Source: an uncultured Acidobacteriota bacterium (GTDB lineage: Bacteria > Acidobacteriota > Thermoanaerobaculia > Thermoanaerobaculales > Sulfomarinibacteraceae). From it: 64,000 bases of DNA. The stretch spans positions 138,908 through 202,907 of the forward strand of contig CAWFFJ010000015.1 in NCBI GenBank assembly GCA_963814875.1. Direction: 5' to 3'. Below the pieces are notes generated by a model. It was not told the DNA's origin, ran no database searches, and was given only the letters and a program-made list of their open reading frames with translations. Position 1 is the stretch's first letter; each line of letters starts with the position of its first letter. Position numbers and translations under genes: made by a program. This document shows, piece by piece, positions 19,645 to 29,419 of the stretch.

Positions 19645-21000
19645 CTACGCCTTCGCCAGCAGCCGGCCGCGGGGGTGGTCGCGGTCGGTCAGAGCGCCGT
19701 CGCGGACCACCTCGACGCCGCCGAGCAGGACGTGGCGGATCGCGAGCCGGGTGGTCGCCGTGGGGAACGGAGGGTAGGCGTCCGCGAGGGTCGGCCGCAC
19801 CGGACGCGCCGGTCCCGCCGGGTCGACCACCACCAGGTCGGCGTCGGCCCCGGGGCGGATGACCCCCTTACGTTCGGCGAGACCCAGTACCCGCGCCGGG
19901 GCGGCCGAGAGCATCGAAGCGAAACGCGGCAGCGGCCACTTGTGGCGCTCGACGAGCAGCTCCCAGGCCAGGGGCAGCAGGGCGCCGACACCGGGCAGCC
20001 CACTCGGGACCGCGCGCAGGTCGCCGGCGAAAACATCCTTGTCGGCGCGGCGGAACGGGCAGTGGTCGGAGGCGAGCAGGTCGACCGCCCCCTCGGCAAC
20101 CACCGCCTCGAGGGCGGCGCGGACCGCCGACGGACGCAGGGGTGGGGTGCACAGCCGGCGGTGACCGCCATAGCCGGCGAGCGCGCGCTCGTCGAGCAGC
20201 AGGTAGTGCGGCGCGGTCTCCGAGGTCACCGCGGCGGAAGCCCGGGAGGCGGCGATCCGGCCTGCTCCGTAGGCGGTCGAGACGTGGACCACATGGGTCG
20301 CACAGCCGGTGCGCTCGGCGAGGTCGAGCAGCTTGGAGATCGCCGCGATCTCCGCCCGCTCCGGGCGCAGGCGGGCGTGGTTCTGCGGGTTCGAGAGGTC
20401 GAGGTCTGAGGCATCGACCATGTCGAGGATCTCCTGGTCCTCACAGTGGACGAGCACCGTGGCGCCGAGATCGGCGAAGCGCAGCATCGCCCCCTCGAGC
20501 CGGTCCCAGGGCGTGAACAGGCCGGCCTCGCGGTAGGTCGTGTAGAGCTTGAAGGTGGCGAAGCCGTCCGCAACCAGGGCCTCGATCTCATCCCAGTCCC
20601 AACTCTCCCCGGTCGGCGTCAGGTGCAGGGCGAGGTCGGCGTGGAGGCGCCCCCGCGCCTTGGCGACCATCCTCCCGACCGCCGCGGCCAGGCTCTCCCC
20701 CGGGCGCTGGGTGACGAAGGAGGCGATCGTGGTGACACCTTCGCGCACCGCGGCCTCGGTGCCGGAGGCGAAGTCGTCGGCGATCGGAACGCCTGCGACC
20801 TCGTCGTCGAGGTGGACGTGGAGGTCGATCACGCCGGGCAGCACCACGCACCCGGAGGCGTCGATCACGGCCTCGTCCGGGCGGCGCTCGCACCGGCCGA
20901 CCTCCATGATGTGCGTGCCCTCGACCCGCACGTCGGTCGAGGCTTCGCCGTCAGGAGTGACCACCAGCCCGCCCGCGACCAGCACCCCGCCTTCGCTCAT
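19645..21000 (-). CDS. cyclic amidohydrolase (D-hydantoinase / dihydropyrimidinase, HyuA-like)
   Basis: Start moved to ATG 21000 (MSEGGVLVAGGLVVTPDG...). The GVIDLHVHLDD metal-binding motif and 451-aa length are typical of hydantoinases. Confidence 0.85.
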   Translation of the reverse strand: MSEGGVLVAGGLVVTPDGEASTDVRVEGTHIMEVGRCERRPDEAVIDASGCVVLPGVIDLHVHLDDEVAGVPIADDFASGTEAAVREGVTTIASFVTQRPGESLAAAVGRMVAKARGRLHADLALHLTPTGESWDWDEIEALVADGFATFKLYTTYREAGLFTPWDRLEGAMLRFADLGATVLVHCEDQEILDMVDASDLDLSNPQNHARLRPERAEIAAISKLLDLAERTGCATHVVHVSTAYGAGRIAASRASAAVTSETAPHYLLLDERALAGYGGHRRLCTPPLRPSAVRAALEAVVAEGAVDLLASDHCPFRRADKDVFAGDLRAVPSGLPGVGALLPLAWELLVERHKWPLPRFASMLSAAPARVLGLAERKGVIRPGADADLVVVDPAGPARPVRPTLADAYPPFPTATTRLAIRHVLLGGVEVVRDGALTDRDHPRGRLLAKA

Positions 21001-21027
21001 CGCACCACCCCCACCCTCCCGATGCCA

Positions 21028-21119
21028 AACCACAAAGGCACGAAGACACAAAGAAATCCACAACGATTCTGGTGCCGCAGGCTCATGTCCTCTCTGTGTG
21101 TTTTTGTGTCTTCGTGGTG
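21028..21119. repeat. octamer-arm inverted-repeat element, copy 3 (diverged, minimal hairpin)
   Basis: AACCACAAAGGCACGAAGACACAAAGAAATCCACAA (21028-21063) pairs with TCTCTGTGTGTTTTTGTGTCTTCGTGGTG (21091-119) around a 27-nt loop. It has the same CACNAAGN periodicity and is preceded by the C-rich CACCACCCCCACCCTCCC (21003-21020), as in the other copies. It lies between the hydantoinase start and the ssnA-like stop. Confidence 0.6.
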
Positions 21120-21142
21120 AAAAGCGCGCTCCATCGCGGGCC

Positions 21143-22486
21143 TCAGATCCGGACCCAGAGCGCGGCGGCGCGCTCCCTCGCGTGGGCCGCGATCTCGGCC
21201 GGGTCGAGGTCGAGCTCGAGTGAGCCGTCGGCCATCAGGACCCGGCCGGCCACGACCGTCGTGACCACCGGCGCCAGCGCCATACCGAACACCAGGTGGC
21301 CGGCGAATGTGCTCGCGTCGAACGGGGTCGGCGGGTCGTAGTCGAGCACGATGAGGTCCGCGGCATAGCCTTCCCGCAGCTCGCCGACCCCCTCCGGCCA
21401 CAGCCGGGTGGCAATCGCCGGGTTGCCCGCGGTCAGCGCCGCGACCGCCTCGCCGAAGCCCGCGCCCGGGTCGCGCCGCGCCAGGCGCTGACTCCACACC
21501 GCGGCGCGCAGCTCCTCGCGCATGTCCACGGTCATCGCATCGGTGCCGAGCCCGACAAGTACTCCGGCGGCCGCCATTGCGGGCACGTCCGCGACGCCGA
21601 CCGCGTTGTTCATGTTGGACTGCGGGTTGTGGATCAGGGCGGTGCCGGTGTCGGCGAGGAGCTCGAGCTCGCCCTGGTCGAGGTGGACTCCGTGCGCCGC
21701 CACGCTCGAAGGGCCGAGCAGCCGGTGGCGGTGCAACCGCTCGACCACGCGGCAGCCGTGCTCGGCGAGGCAGTGGGCCTGGTCGGCGGTCGACTCGGCG
21801 ACGTGGACGTGGACGCCCACCCCGTGCTCGGCGGCGATCCCCGCCGCGCGCTCGAGGGTGGCGTCGGAGAGGGTGAACGAGGCGTGGAGCCCGACCAGGC
21901 CGGTGAGCAGCGGCTCCGGGCGCGCGCGCAGCCGGCGCAGGAAGCTCTCGTTCTCGGCCAGACCGGCGTCGCGGACGTCCGCCCCGTCGCGGTCGGAGAC
22001 CTCGTAGCACAGGCACGACCTGACACCGACGGCAAGGACCGCGTCGGCGAGGACCTCGAGCGAGCCGACCACAGCGCCCGGGCTGGCGTGGTGGTCGACG
22101 AGCGTGGTGGTGCCGTGGCGGACGGCGTCGAGGAGGGCGACGAGGGCCGAGACCCGGCAGTCCTCGAGCTCGAGCGCGCGGTCGAGGCGCCACCACAGAT
22201 GGCGCAGCACCTCGACGAAGTCGAGTGACGGCTCGGCGCCGCCGAAGCCGCGCACCAGGCTCGAATAGAAGTGCATGTGGGCGTTGATCAGTCCCGGCAT
22301 CACTACCCGCCCGCGGGCGTCGAGCTCACGTCCGAGAACGCCGATCGCCTCGCGGTCGGGCACCAACCGGACGATCTGCCCTCCCTCGCACACCACGGCG
22401 TGGTCCGGCAGCACGTCGCACGACGCTCCGAGAGTGACCACCGTGCCGTGGCGCACCACCAGGCGATCGCTTGAGCTGCGGCCCAC
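21143..22486 (-). CDS. ssnA: SsnA-like amidohydrolase (chlorohydrolase/aminohydrolase family)
   Basis: 447 aa. It has PGLINAHMHFYSSLVRG, the family's metal-binding HxH motif. The GTG start abuts the stop of the upstream YgfK-like gene. Confidence 0.8.
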   Translation of the reverse strand: MGRSSSDRLVVRHGTVVTLGASCDVLPDHAVVCEGGQIVRLVPDREAIGVLGRELDARGRVVMPGLINAHMHFYSSLVRGFGGAEPSLDFVEVLRHLWWRLDRALELEDCRVSALVALLDAVRHGTTTLVDHHASPGAVVGSLEVLADAVLAVGVRSCLCYEVSDRDGADVRDAGLAENESFLRRLRARPEPLLTGLVGLHASFTLSDATLERAAGIAAEHGVGVHVHVAESTADQAHCLAEHGCRVVERLHRHRLLGPSSVAAHGVHLDQGELELLADTGTALIHNPQSNMNNAVGVADVPAMAAAGVLVGLGTDAMTVDMREELRAAVWSQRLARRDPGAGFGEAVAALTAGNPAIATRLWPEGVGELREGYAADLIVLDYDPPTPFDASTFAGHLVFGMALAPVVTTVVAGRVLMADGSLELDLDPAEIAAHARERAAALWVRI

Positions 22487-24976
22487 TCAGGTCTCCTCGA
22501 GCCGCGCCGCCTCGTCGGGCGTGCGCGAGCGCATCGACAGCGCGCCCGACGGACACCGCTGCACGCACAGCGAGCAGCCGATGCAACGCGCCGCATCGGT
22601 GTGTGGGACCACCTCCTCGTCGAGCGTGATCGCGAGGTACGGACAGCGCGTGCAGCTGCCGCAGTGCAGGCACAGGCCGCGGTCGACGTCCGACACCGCC
22701 TTGACCGGGGACAGCGCCTCGAACGCGGTGATCGGGTCGGGCAGCGCACGCCCGATCAGCTCCGCCACCGAGTGAAGCCCGCGCGCCTCGAGCAGGTGGG
22801 ACAGGCCCGAGTGGAGGTCGTCGACGATCCCGTAGCCCCAACGCAGGACGACCGTGCAAACCTGCACAGTGGTCGCCCCCAGCGCGAGCAGGTCGGCGGC
22901 GTCGCGACCCGACATGACGCCGCCGTTGGCCGAGATCGGGACCCCGAATGGCGCCGCCTTGGCGATCGCCAGCGCCGTGATCGGGAGCACGCCGGCGCCC
23001 GACATCCCGACCACCACGCCCTCGTCCCATCGCGCCTCCGGGCGTGGCCGGAAGGCGAGCGCGGGGAAGGTGTTGGCGAGGGTGATGCCGGCCTTCGCCG
23101 CGGGATGGCGGGCGAGCACGTCGCGAACCGCCGCCACCACCGGCTGGATCGCGGTCACGGCGCCGGTGAGCTTGAACAGCTTGGGAACCTCCGGGTCGCC
23201 CGCGGCGAGGACCCACTCGATCACCGTGGCGGTCAGCTCCGGGTCCTGGGACACGATGTCGCCGCGGGTGCCGTCGCCGCCCTGGGGGCACGACAGGCTG
23301 TACTCGATGCCGTCGACGCCGGCCGACTCGAGCCTGCGGGTGTTGCCCTGCCAGACGATGGCATCTCCGTCGTCGTCGCCGGTCACCGGTCCGCCGGTGG
23401 AGGCGAGGGTGAGCCGGTCGGGGAACTCGCGCCGCAGGGTCTCGACCTCCCGGCAGACGCGGTCCAGCGGGTGGCCGGACACGTTGTCGCAGTTGCCGTA
23501 GGTGTCGCGGGAGAAGGTCACCATGTACTCGGCCGGGATGTGGATCGCCACGCCGTCGAAGGCGGTCTTGAGCACCCCTCCCGCCCAGCCGGCTCGGTAG
23601 GCCGCGCGCATCTGCTCGAGGCCGTCGGTGGGCGGCGCCGCCGACAGCAGCAGCGGCGAGCGCAGGGTGCGGCCGAAGAAGTCGCACTCGAGCGAAACCG
23701 GCTCCAGGCAGCGCCCGGGCAGCACCGCCGCGCTGCGGGTCGCCCGCTCGGGCACCGGCGCGGGCAAGCCCGCCAGGACCGCCTCGACCGTCGCGGCGGC
23801 GTTGGTGCCGGCGGCGACCGCCTCGACCACGCTCGACGGCCCGTTGACCGAGTCGCCGGCAACCACCACCCGAGCACCCGCCTGCACGCGGCCGGCCGGC
23901 GTCGCGCCGATCGCCACGACAACCGTATCGATGTCAGGGCGTGCAGCGTCGCTGCCAGCGACGTCGACCACCGCCGAGGGGTGGAACGGCGTCCCTTCGG
24001 GGAGGCTCACGCGAACGGTGGCGAGACCTGCGACGCGCCCGCCCTCGACCGTGACCGCCGTCACCCTCGCGCGCCCGCTGATCTCGACCCCGGCGATGGC
24101 GAGGGCGCGCCGCTCGGCGTCGGTGAGCGGGAGCTCGGACAGTGCTTCGAGCGCGATCAGCTCCACCGTCGCGGCGCCGAGACGGCGGGCAACGAGGGCG
24201 CAGTCGGCCGCCACCGCCCCGCCGCCGACCACCGCCACATGCCGGTCCGTGAGGTCGAAGCGGTCCGGGTCCGCGAGCAGCTCGAGGCCGACCACGGCCG
24301 CGTCCTCGCCGGGCACTCCGAGTGAGAGCGGAAGCCCGCGCCCGGTCGCCACCACGACCGCGTCGAAGCCCTCCTCGAGCAGCCGCCACGGGTCGTCGAC
24401 GCGCTCGGTGACCGTGCGGACGTCGCCCAGGGAGTGCGTGAAGGCGACGTCGGCCGCGAGCATCTCGCGGGTGAGACGGAAGTCCGGGATCGAGACCGCC
24501 ATCCCGCCCTCGCGCTCGGGCTCGAACACGGTCACGATGTGACCCCGCTGGGCGAGCGCACCGGCCGCGCCGAGCCCTGCAGGTCCTCCGCCGACCACCG
24601 CCACCCGCCGTCCGGAAGGGGGGACCGGAGAAGGGAACTCGGGCATCACGCCGAGCTCCCGCGCCCGGGCGACGATGGTCGACTGGCAGGCCGGGATGTC
24701 GATCGGGGCGTCGAGAGCGGCGCGCGAGCAGGCCGCCACGCAGTGGGTGTCGGGGCAGACCATGCCGCAGATGCCGCCGAGCGGGTTCGAGCCCATCACC
24801 ACGGCCGCCGCGCGGCGGAAGTCCTCCGGCGCTCCGCCCCTCACTGCCATCAGGAAGTCAGCCGGCGAGCAGTGCACAGGACACCCTCCCTGGCACGGCT
24901 TGGTCTCGCAGTACAAGCACCGCTCGACCTCCGCCCTGAGCTGCGCGTCGGTGAGCAGGGAGCGTCGAGCCTGCAT
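22487..24976 (-). CDS. fused Fe-S flavoprotein, GltD/PreT-like plus dihydroorotate/dihydropyrimidine-dehydrogenase (PreA)-like plus 2x[4Fe-4S] (YgfK-related)
   Basis: Start at ATG 24976 (MQARRSLLTDAQLRAEVERCLYCETKPCQGGCP). It has VAVVGGGPAGLGAAG and VAVVGGGAVAADCA dinucleotide folds, a TIM-barrel DHOD-like middle region, and C-terminal CLHCGSCTRCP and CIGCSLCVQRCP clusters. Confidence 0.8.
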   Translation of the reverse strand: MQARRSLLTDAQLRAEVERCLYCETKPCQGGCPVHCSPADFLMAVRGGAPEDFRRAAAVVMGSNPLGGICGMVCPDTHCVAACSRAALDAPIDIPACQSTIVARARELGVMPEFPSPVPPSGRRVAVVGGGPAGLGAAGALAQRGHIVTVFEPEREGGMAVSIPDFRLTREMLAADVAFTHSLGDVRTVTERVDDPWRLLEEGFDAVVVATGRGLPLSLGVPGEDAAVVGLELLADPDRFDLTDRHVAVVGGGAVAADCALVARRLGAATVELIALEALSELPLTDAERRALAIAGVEISGRARVTAVTVEGGRVAGLATVRVSLPEGTPFHPSAVVDVAGSDAARPDIDTVVVAIGATPAGRVQAGARVVVAGDSVNGPSSVVEAVAAGTNAAATVEAVLAGLPAPVPERATRSAAVLPGRCLEPVSLECDFFGRTLRSPLLLSAAPPTDGLEQMRAAYRAGWAGGVLKTAFDGVAIHIPAEYMVTFSRDTYGNCDNVSGHPLDRVCREVETLRREFPDRLTLASTGGPVTGDDDGDAIVWQGNTRRLESAGVDGIEYSLSCPQGGDGTRGDIVSQDPELTATVIEWVLAAGDPEVPKLFKLTGAVTAIQPVVAAVRDVLARHPAAKAGITLANTFPALAFRPRPEARWDEGVVVGMSGAGVLPITALAIAKAAPFGVPISANGGVMSGRDAADLLALGATTVQVCTVVLRWGYGIVDDLHSGLSHLLEARGLHSVAELIGRALPDPITAFEALSPVKAVSDVDRGLCLHCGSCTRCPYLAITLDEEVVPHTDAARCIGCSLCVQRCPSGALSMRSRTPDEAARLEET

Positions 24977-25000
24977 CGGATCCTCCACCCACCACTTTAC

Positions 25001-25049
25001 AGGAATTCCTGCCACACCGACCCCTGGGGTCGGTGTGGCAGGAATTCCT
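25001..25049. repeat. 49-bp perfect palindrome in a divergent promoter region
   Basis: AGGAATTCCTGCCACACCGACCCC-T-GGGGTCGGTGTGGCAGGAATTCCT has 24-nt arms and a 1-nt centre. It lies 25 nt upstream of the minus-strand ATG at 24976. Confidence 0.9.
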
Positions 25050-25177
25050 ATCTTGCGCTTCGCGCATGTGGGTTTCTTGATGAGACCGGATCCAGGATCG
25101 CCCGCGCGCTCCGTCAAGACACGGGCAATGCTCCAGCCTCTCCCATGTCCTCTTCCCGATTCGCGAAGCGAATCGAT

Positions 25178-25255
25178 GGATCTTCGGGGGCACAGGTCCC
25201 CCGATTCCGCTGCACCCAGATCATTCGCTGTCGGGACCTGTGCCCCCGAAGATCC
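25178..25255. repeat. 23-bp perfect inverted repeat with a 32-nt loop, upstream of the PLP-enzyme gene
   Basis: GGATCTTCGGGGGCACAGGTCCC (25178-25200) pairs with GGGACCTGTGCCCCCGAAGATCC (25233-25255). It ends 18 nt before ATG 25274. The small palindrome CGATTCGC-GAA-GCGAATCG sits next to it at 25158-25176. Confidence 0.9.
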
Positions 25256-25273
25256 AAGGTGTAGGATCGCGAG

Positions 25274-26747
25274 ATGGAGGTGGCGGTGGGCTCCGAATCG
25301 AGAAACGCTCGCGACCGAACGCTCGAGAGATGCCGCGCCCGCGGCATCGTGATTCCGACCCTGGCCGAGCAGCGCGACCCGGGGACCGCGCCGGCAGCTG
25401 TCCGGAAACGGCTACCGGCGGTCGACCCCAATGCCGTCGACCCGGTCAACCTGTACCGGATCACCTGGCACAACGATCCTGCGACCGGGGGCTTCGGCCC
25501 GGTCGACGCGCTCGAGCTGCCGCCGGAGCTGACCGGAGTCCCGGCGAGGATCGTCGGCCTGATCGGACGCCACTTTCCGACCGGCTCCCACAAGGTCGGA
25601 GCGGCCTTCGGCTGCCTGGTGCCGCGACTGGTGAACGGAGAGCTTCGACCCCACGAGCCAGGTCGCGGTGTGGCCGTCGACCGGCAACTACTGCCGCGGG
25701 GGTGCCTTCGACTCGGCCCTCCTGGGCTGCCACTCGCTCGCAATCCTGCCCGAGGAGATGAGCCAGGAGCGCTTCCGCTGGCTGGAGTCGATCGGCGCCG
25801 AGGTCCTCGCCACGCCGGGCTGCGAGTCGAACGTCAAGGAGATCTTCGACGCCTGCTGGGAGCTCAAGCGGACCCGGTCTGACGTGGTCGTCTTCAACCA
25901 GTTCGATGAGCTCGGCAACTACCTCTGGCACTGGGCGGTGACCGGGCCGGCGGTCGAGGAGGTGTTCACGCGCCTCGCGGGACCGGGCTCCCGGCTCGCG
26001 GGCTGGGTGTCCGCGACCGGCTCCGCCGGCACCCTCGCCGCCGGCGACTGGCTCAAGGCCCGTCACCCCGGCTGCCGGGTGGTCGCGGCAGAGGCGCTGC
26101 AGTGCCCGACCCTGCTCGCCTGCGGCTTCGGCGGCCACCGCATCGAGGGCATCGGTGACAAGCACGTGCCCTGGATCCACAACGTCCGCAACACCGACGC
26201 CGTCACCGCGATCGACGACGAGGCCACCCTACGCCTTCTGCGCCTGACCAACGAGCCCGCCGGCCATGAGCTGCTGCGCCAGCGCGGGGTCCCGGAGGCG
26301 ACCATCGCCCGCCTGCCCCTGCTCGGCATTTCGAGCCTGTGCAACGTGCTCGCCGCGATCAAGACCGCGCGCTGGTTCGAGCTCGACGGCGACGACGTGC
26401 TCCTGACCAGCTTCACCGACTCGGCCGACCTCTACCGGACCCGGCTCGACGAGCTCGCCGCGGCGCATGGTCCCTACCGCGAGCTCGACGCCGCGGTCGA
26501 CCTCGAGCGCCGGCTCCTCGGGGCCACGACCGACCACTACCACGAGCTCGGCTACCACGACCGCAAGGCGATCCACAACCTCAAGTACTTCACCTGGGTC
26601 GAACAGCAGGGCCGCACGGTAGACGAGCTCAACGCGCTGTGGAGCCCGTCCTTCTGGCATGACGTCCAGGACGGCGCGGACGCGCTCGACGCCGCGATCG
26701 CGGCGTTCAACAGCGACGCCGGCGTCGCTGTCGGAGGTGCCGCGTGA
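25274..26747 (+). CDS. PLP-dependent fold-type II enzyme (cysteine synthase/beta-subunit family), interrupted by an apparent +1 frameshift near 25643-25652
   Basis: The N-terminal part (frame of 25274) carries the PLP-lysine motif FPTGSHKVGAAFGCLVPRLV. The rest (AVWPSTGNYCRGGAFDSALLGC...SATGSAGTLAAG...) continues in frame +1 (track ORF 25668..26747). Skipping one base between 25643 and 25652 (C4 run at 25649-25652) restores one ORF. Confidence 0.75.
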
Positions 26748-27953
26748 GCCTCGAGATCGCCCACGACCTGCTCGAGTCCTGCGCCCGCCACGAGACCGAG
26801 ATCGTGGCCTTCCTGCGCGACCTGATCGCGATCCCCGCCGAGAGCGGCGCCGAGGGTGATCGCTGTGCCCGGGTGCTCGCCGAGTACCAGAGACTCGGCT
26901 TCGACGAGGCGCGCTTCGACGGGCTCGGCAACGTGGTCGGCCGGATCGGCTCCGGTCCGGTCACGGTGCTGCTGGACGGTCACGTCGACTGCGTCGGGCG
27001 TCGGCGACCCGACCTCGTGGTCGCATGACCCGTTCCGCGGCAAGCTCGAGGCTGGCGAGGTCTGGGGCCGAGGCGCGGTCGACGAGCTGCCCGCGGTGGC
27101 GACGATGCCGTGGGCGGCGCGGCTCGCGGCGGACCGCGGCCTGCTCGACGGCGTCACCCTCTACGTGGTCGCCTCGGTGATGGAGGAGGCCTTCGACGGC
27201 TTCCCGCTGCAGTGGCTGATCGAGCGCGAGGGCGTCCACCCTGACGCGGTCGTGCTCGGCGAGCCGACCGACCTCGCCGTCTACCGCGGCCACCGCGGCC
27301 GGATGGGGATCGAGGTCGTGGCCCGGGGCGTCTCCGCCCACGCTGCGCACTGCGACCTCGGCGTCAACGCGGTCACCAAGATCGCGCCGATCGTGCTCGA
27401 CGTCGATGCCCTCCATCGGCGGCTGCCCGGCCACGACGTGCTCGGCAAGGGCTCGGTGACGGTGAGCTTCATCGAGTGCACCACCGCCTCGCTCAATGCG
27501 GTGCCGGACCGCGCCCGGATCGTGCTCGACCGTCGACTCACGGCCGGCGAGACCCCCGAGTCCGCCCTCGCCGAGATCCGCGCTCTGTCCCACATCGGCG
27601 ACGCCGAGGTCCGCACTCTGACCTCCCGCGGGCGCTCGTGGCGCGGCGTCGACGTCGAGCTCGAGGAGGCCTACCCGACCTGGCTGCTCGATGCCGACCA
27701 TCCTCTGGTCGAGGGCGTCGCCGAGGCCGCGCAGGCAGTGCTCGGCGGGGCGCCACGGCTCGGGGTGTGGACCTTCTCGACCAACGGCGTCGCCACCATG
27801 GGCCGGCTCGGGATCCCGACCGTGGGCTTTGCGCCCGGGCGGGAGGAGCTCGCCCACACCACCGAGGAGCACGTCGCGGTCGCCGATCTGCTGAGAGCGA
27901 CCGCGGTCTACGCCCTGATCCCCGCCGCCCTCGCCAGGAGGTTGGGGGGATGA
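26744..27953 (+). CDS. ygeY: YgeY-like M20 family metallohydrolase, interrupted by an apparent +1 frameshift at the G3 run 26996-26998
   Basis: The GTG 26744 start overlaps the upstream stop. ...VLLDGHVDCVG (frame A) joins VGDPTSWSHDPFRGKLEAGEVWGRGAVD... (track ORF 26856..27953) if one G of GGG is removed. The stop (27951-27953) overlaps the ATG of the GxxExxY gene. Confidence 0.8.
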
Positions 27954-28372
27954 ACCACCAAGACACCAAGACACCAAGACGGAAGCCAGAGCCGGTCTCG
28001 TCTGCCATTGACGAGGTCGCTCGTCAGGTGGTCGATGCTGCATACACGGTTCATCACGAGCTCGGACCCGGTCTGCTCGAGTCGATCTACGAGGCGTGTC
28101 TTGCGCGAGAGCTCGAGCTGCGGGGCATTCCGGTCGAGCGGCAGGCGTCGATTCCGGTGGTGTACAAGGGTGTCCGGCTTCCGTCCTCGCTTCGGATCGA
28201 CCTGCTCGTCGGTGGCTGCGTCGTCGTCGAGGTGAAGGCCGTCGATGCCCTCGTCGGGGTTCACACGGCGCAGATTCTCACATACCTCAAGCTGTCAGGG
28301 CTTCGAGTCGGTTTTCTTGTCAACTTCAATGTCGGTGTCATCAAGGACGGAATCCGCAGGATCGCGCTGTGA
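27950..28372 (+). CDS. GxxExxY protein (PD-(D/E)XK nuclease superfamily)
   Basis: GPGLLESIYEACLARELELRG contains the G-x-x-E-x-x-Y motif. RIDLLVGGCVVVEVKAV gives the D...E-x-K nuclease motif. The first ~10 codons (MNHQDTKTPR) are encoded by the repeat arm. Confidence 0.85.
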   Translation: MNHQDTKTPRRKPEPVSSAIDEVARQVVDAAYTVHHELGPGLLESIYEACLARELELRGIPVERQASIPVVYKGVRLPSSLRIDLLVGGCVVVEVKAVDALVGVHTAQILTYLKLSGLRVGFLVNFNVGVIKDGIRRIAL

Positions 28373-28416
28373 CGAATCATCGGACCGACCTCTTGGTGTC
28401 TTGGTGTCTTGGTGGT
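27954..28416. mobile_element. octamer-arm inverted-repeat element, copy 4, carrying a GxxExxY nuclease gene
   Basis: The arms are 27954-27980 (ACCACCAAGACACCAAGACACCAAGAC) and 28391-28416 (TCTTGGTGTCTTGGTGTCTTGGTGGT). A single 140-aa gene fills the interior. It is inserted between the ygeY-like and ygeW-like genes. Confidence 0.6.
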
Positions 28417-28442
28417 GAGTCCACGCGCGTGGAGGATTGGAA

Positions 28443-29417
28443 ATGCAGACCAAGCTGAAGGGCAAGCACTTCATCACCACCCAGGAGTGGTCGGTCGAGG
28501 AGGTCTCAACGGCGCTTGACCTCGCGGCCGAGCTCAAGCTCGCCAAGGCGACCGGGAAGCCGCACCGGCTGCTCGACGGCAAGACCCTGTACATGATCTT
28601 CTTCGACGCCTCGACCCGGACCCGCAACTCCTTCGAGACCGGGATGACGCAGCTCGGCGGGCACGGTATCTACCTGTCGCCGGACAAGATGCAGATCTCC
28701 CACGGCGAGAACGCACGCGACACCGCCAACGTCCTGTCCCGCTACGGCGAAGGGATCGCGATCCGGCACTGCGCCTTCGGGCAGGGCAACGCCTACCTGC
28801 GCGAGGTCGCCGAGCACGCCTCGGTGCCGGTGCTCAACATGCAGTGCGACGTCTACCACCCATGCCAGATCCTCGCCGACCTGCTCACCATCCGCGAGAA
28901 GCACGGCCGAACCCGGGGGCTCAAGCTCGGCGTGGCGTGGACCTCGGCGCCCAACTACGTGCGTCCGCTGTCGGTCCCACAGAGCCTGATCCTGCTCATG
29001 CCCCGGTTCGGGATCGACGTCACCCTCGCGTATCCACCGGAGTTCCGGCTCATGCCGGAGATCGAGGAGCAGGCGCGACGCAACGCCGAGATCGCCGGCT
29101 CGCGGTTCGAGATCAGCCACCGCTTCGAGGACGCCTTCGACGACGCCGACGTGGTGATCCCGAAGTCGTGGGGACCGCTGCTCCACACCCGCGACACCCA
29201 TGAGGGCATCGAGCTCATCGCCCACTACCCCGAGTGGCGCTGCGACGCCGAGCGCATGGCGCTCGGCAAACCCGGCCTGATCTACATGCACCCGCTGCCC
29301 GCCGACCGCGGGCGCGAGGTCACCAACGAGGTCATCGACGGCCCGCAATCGGTGGTCTACGACCAGGCCGAGAACCGGCTCCACGTGCAGAAGGCGCTGA
29401 TGGCGCTCACCATGTAG
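28443..29417 (+). CDS. ygeW: YgeW-type (knotted) carbamoyltransferase
   Basis: ATG 28443 lies 7 nt after GGAGG. FFDASTRTRNSFETG (STRTR carbamoyl-phosphate motif), HPCQILADL and the PLPADRG C-terminal motif. 324 aa. Confidence 0.85.
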   Translation: MQTKLKGKHFITTQEWSVEEVSTALDLAAELKLAKATGKPHRLLDGKTLYMIFFDASTRTRNSFETGMTQLGGHGIYLSPDKMQISHGENARDTANVLSRYGEGIAIRHCAFGQGNAYLREVAEHASVPVLNMQCDVYHPCQILADLLTIREKHGRTRGLKLGVAWTSAPNYVRPLSVPQSLILLMPRFGIDVTLAYPPEFRLMPEIEEQARRNAEIAGSRFEISHRFEDAFDDADVVIPKSWGPLLHTRDTHEGIELIAHYPEWRCDAERMALGKPGLIYMHPLPADRGREVTNEVIDGPQSVVYDQAENRLHVQKALMALTM

Positions 29418-29419
29418 GG

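Noticed and set aside
25158-25176. A shared motif GCGAAGCGA(G)AATCG between 25158-25176 and 36608-36625, as a possible further repeat family.
   Set aside because: There are only about 13-14 matching nucleotides in two places, in G+C-rich DNA, so chance similarity cannot be excluded by eye.
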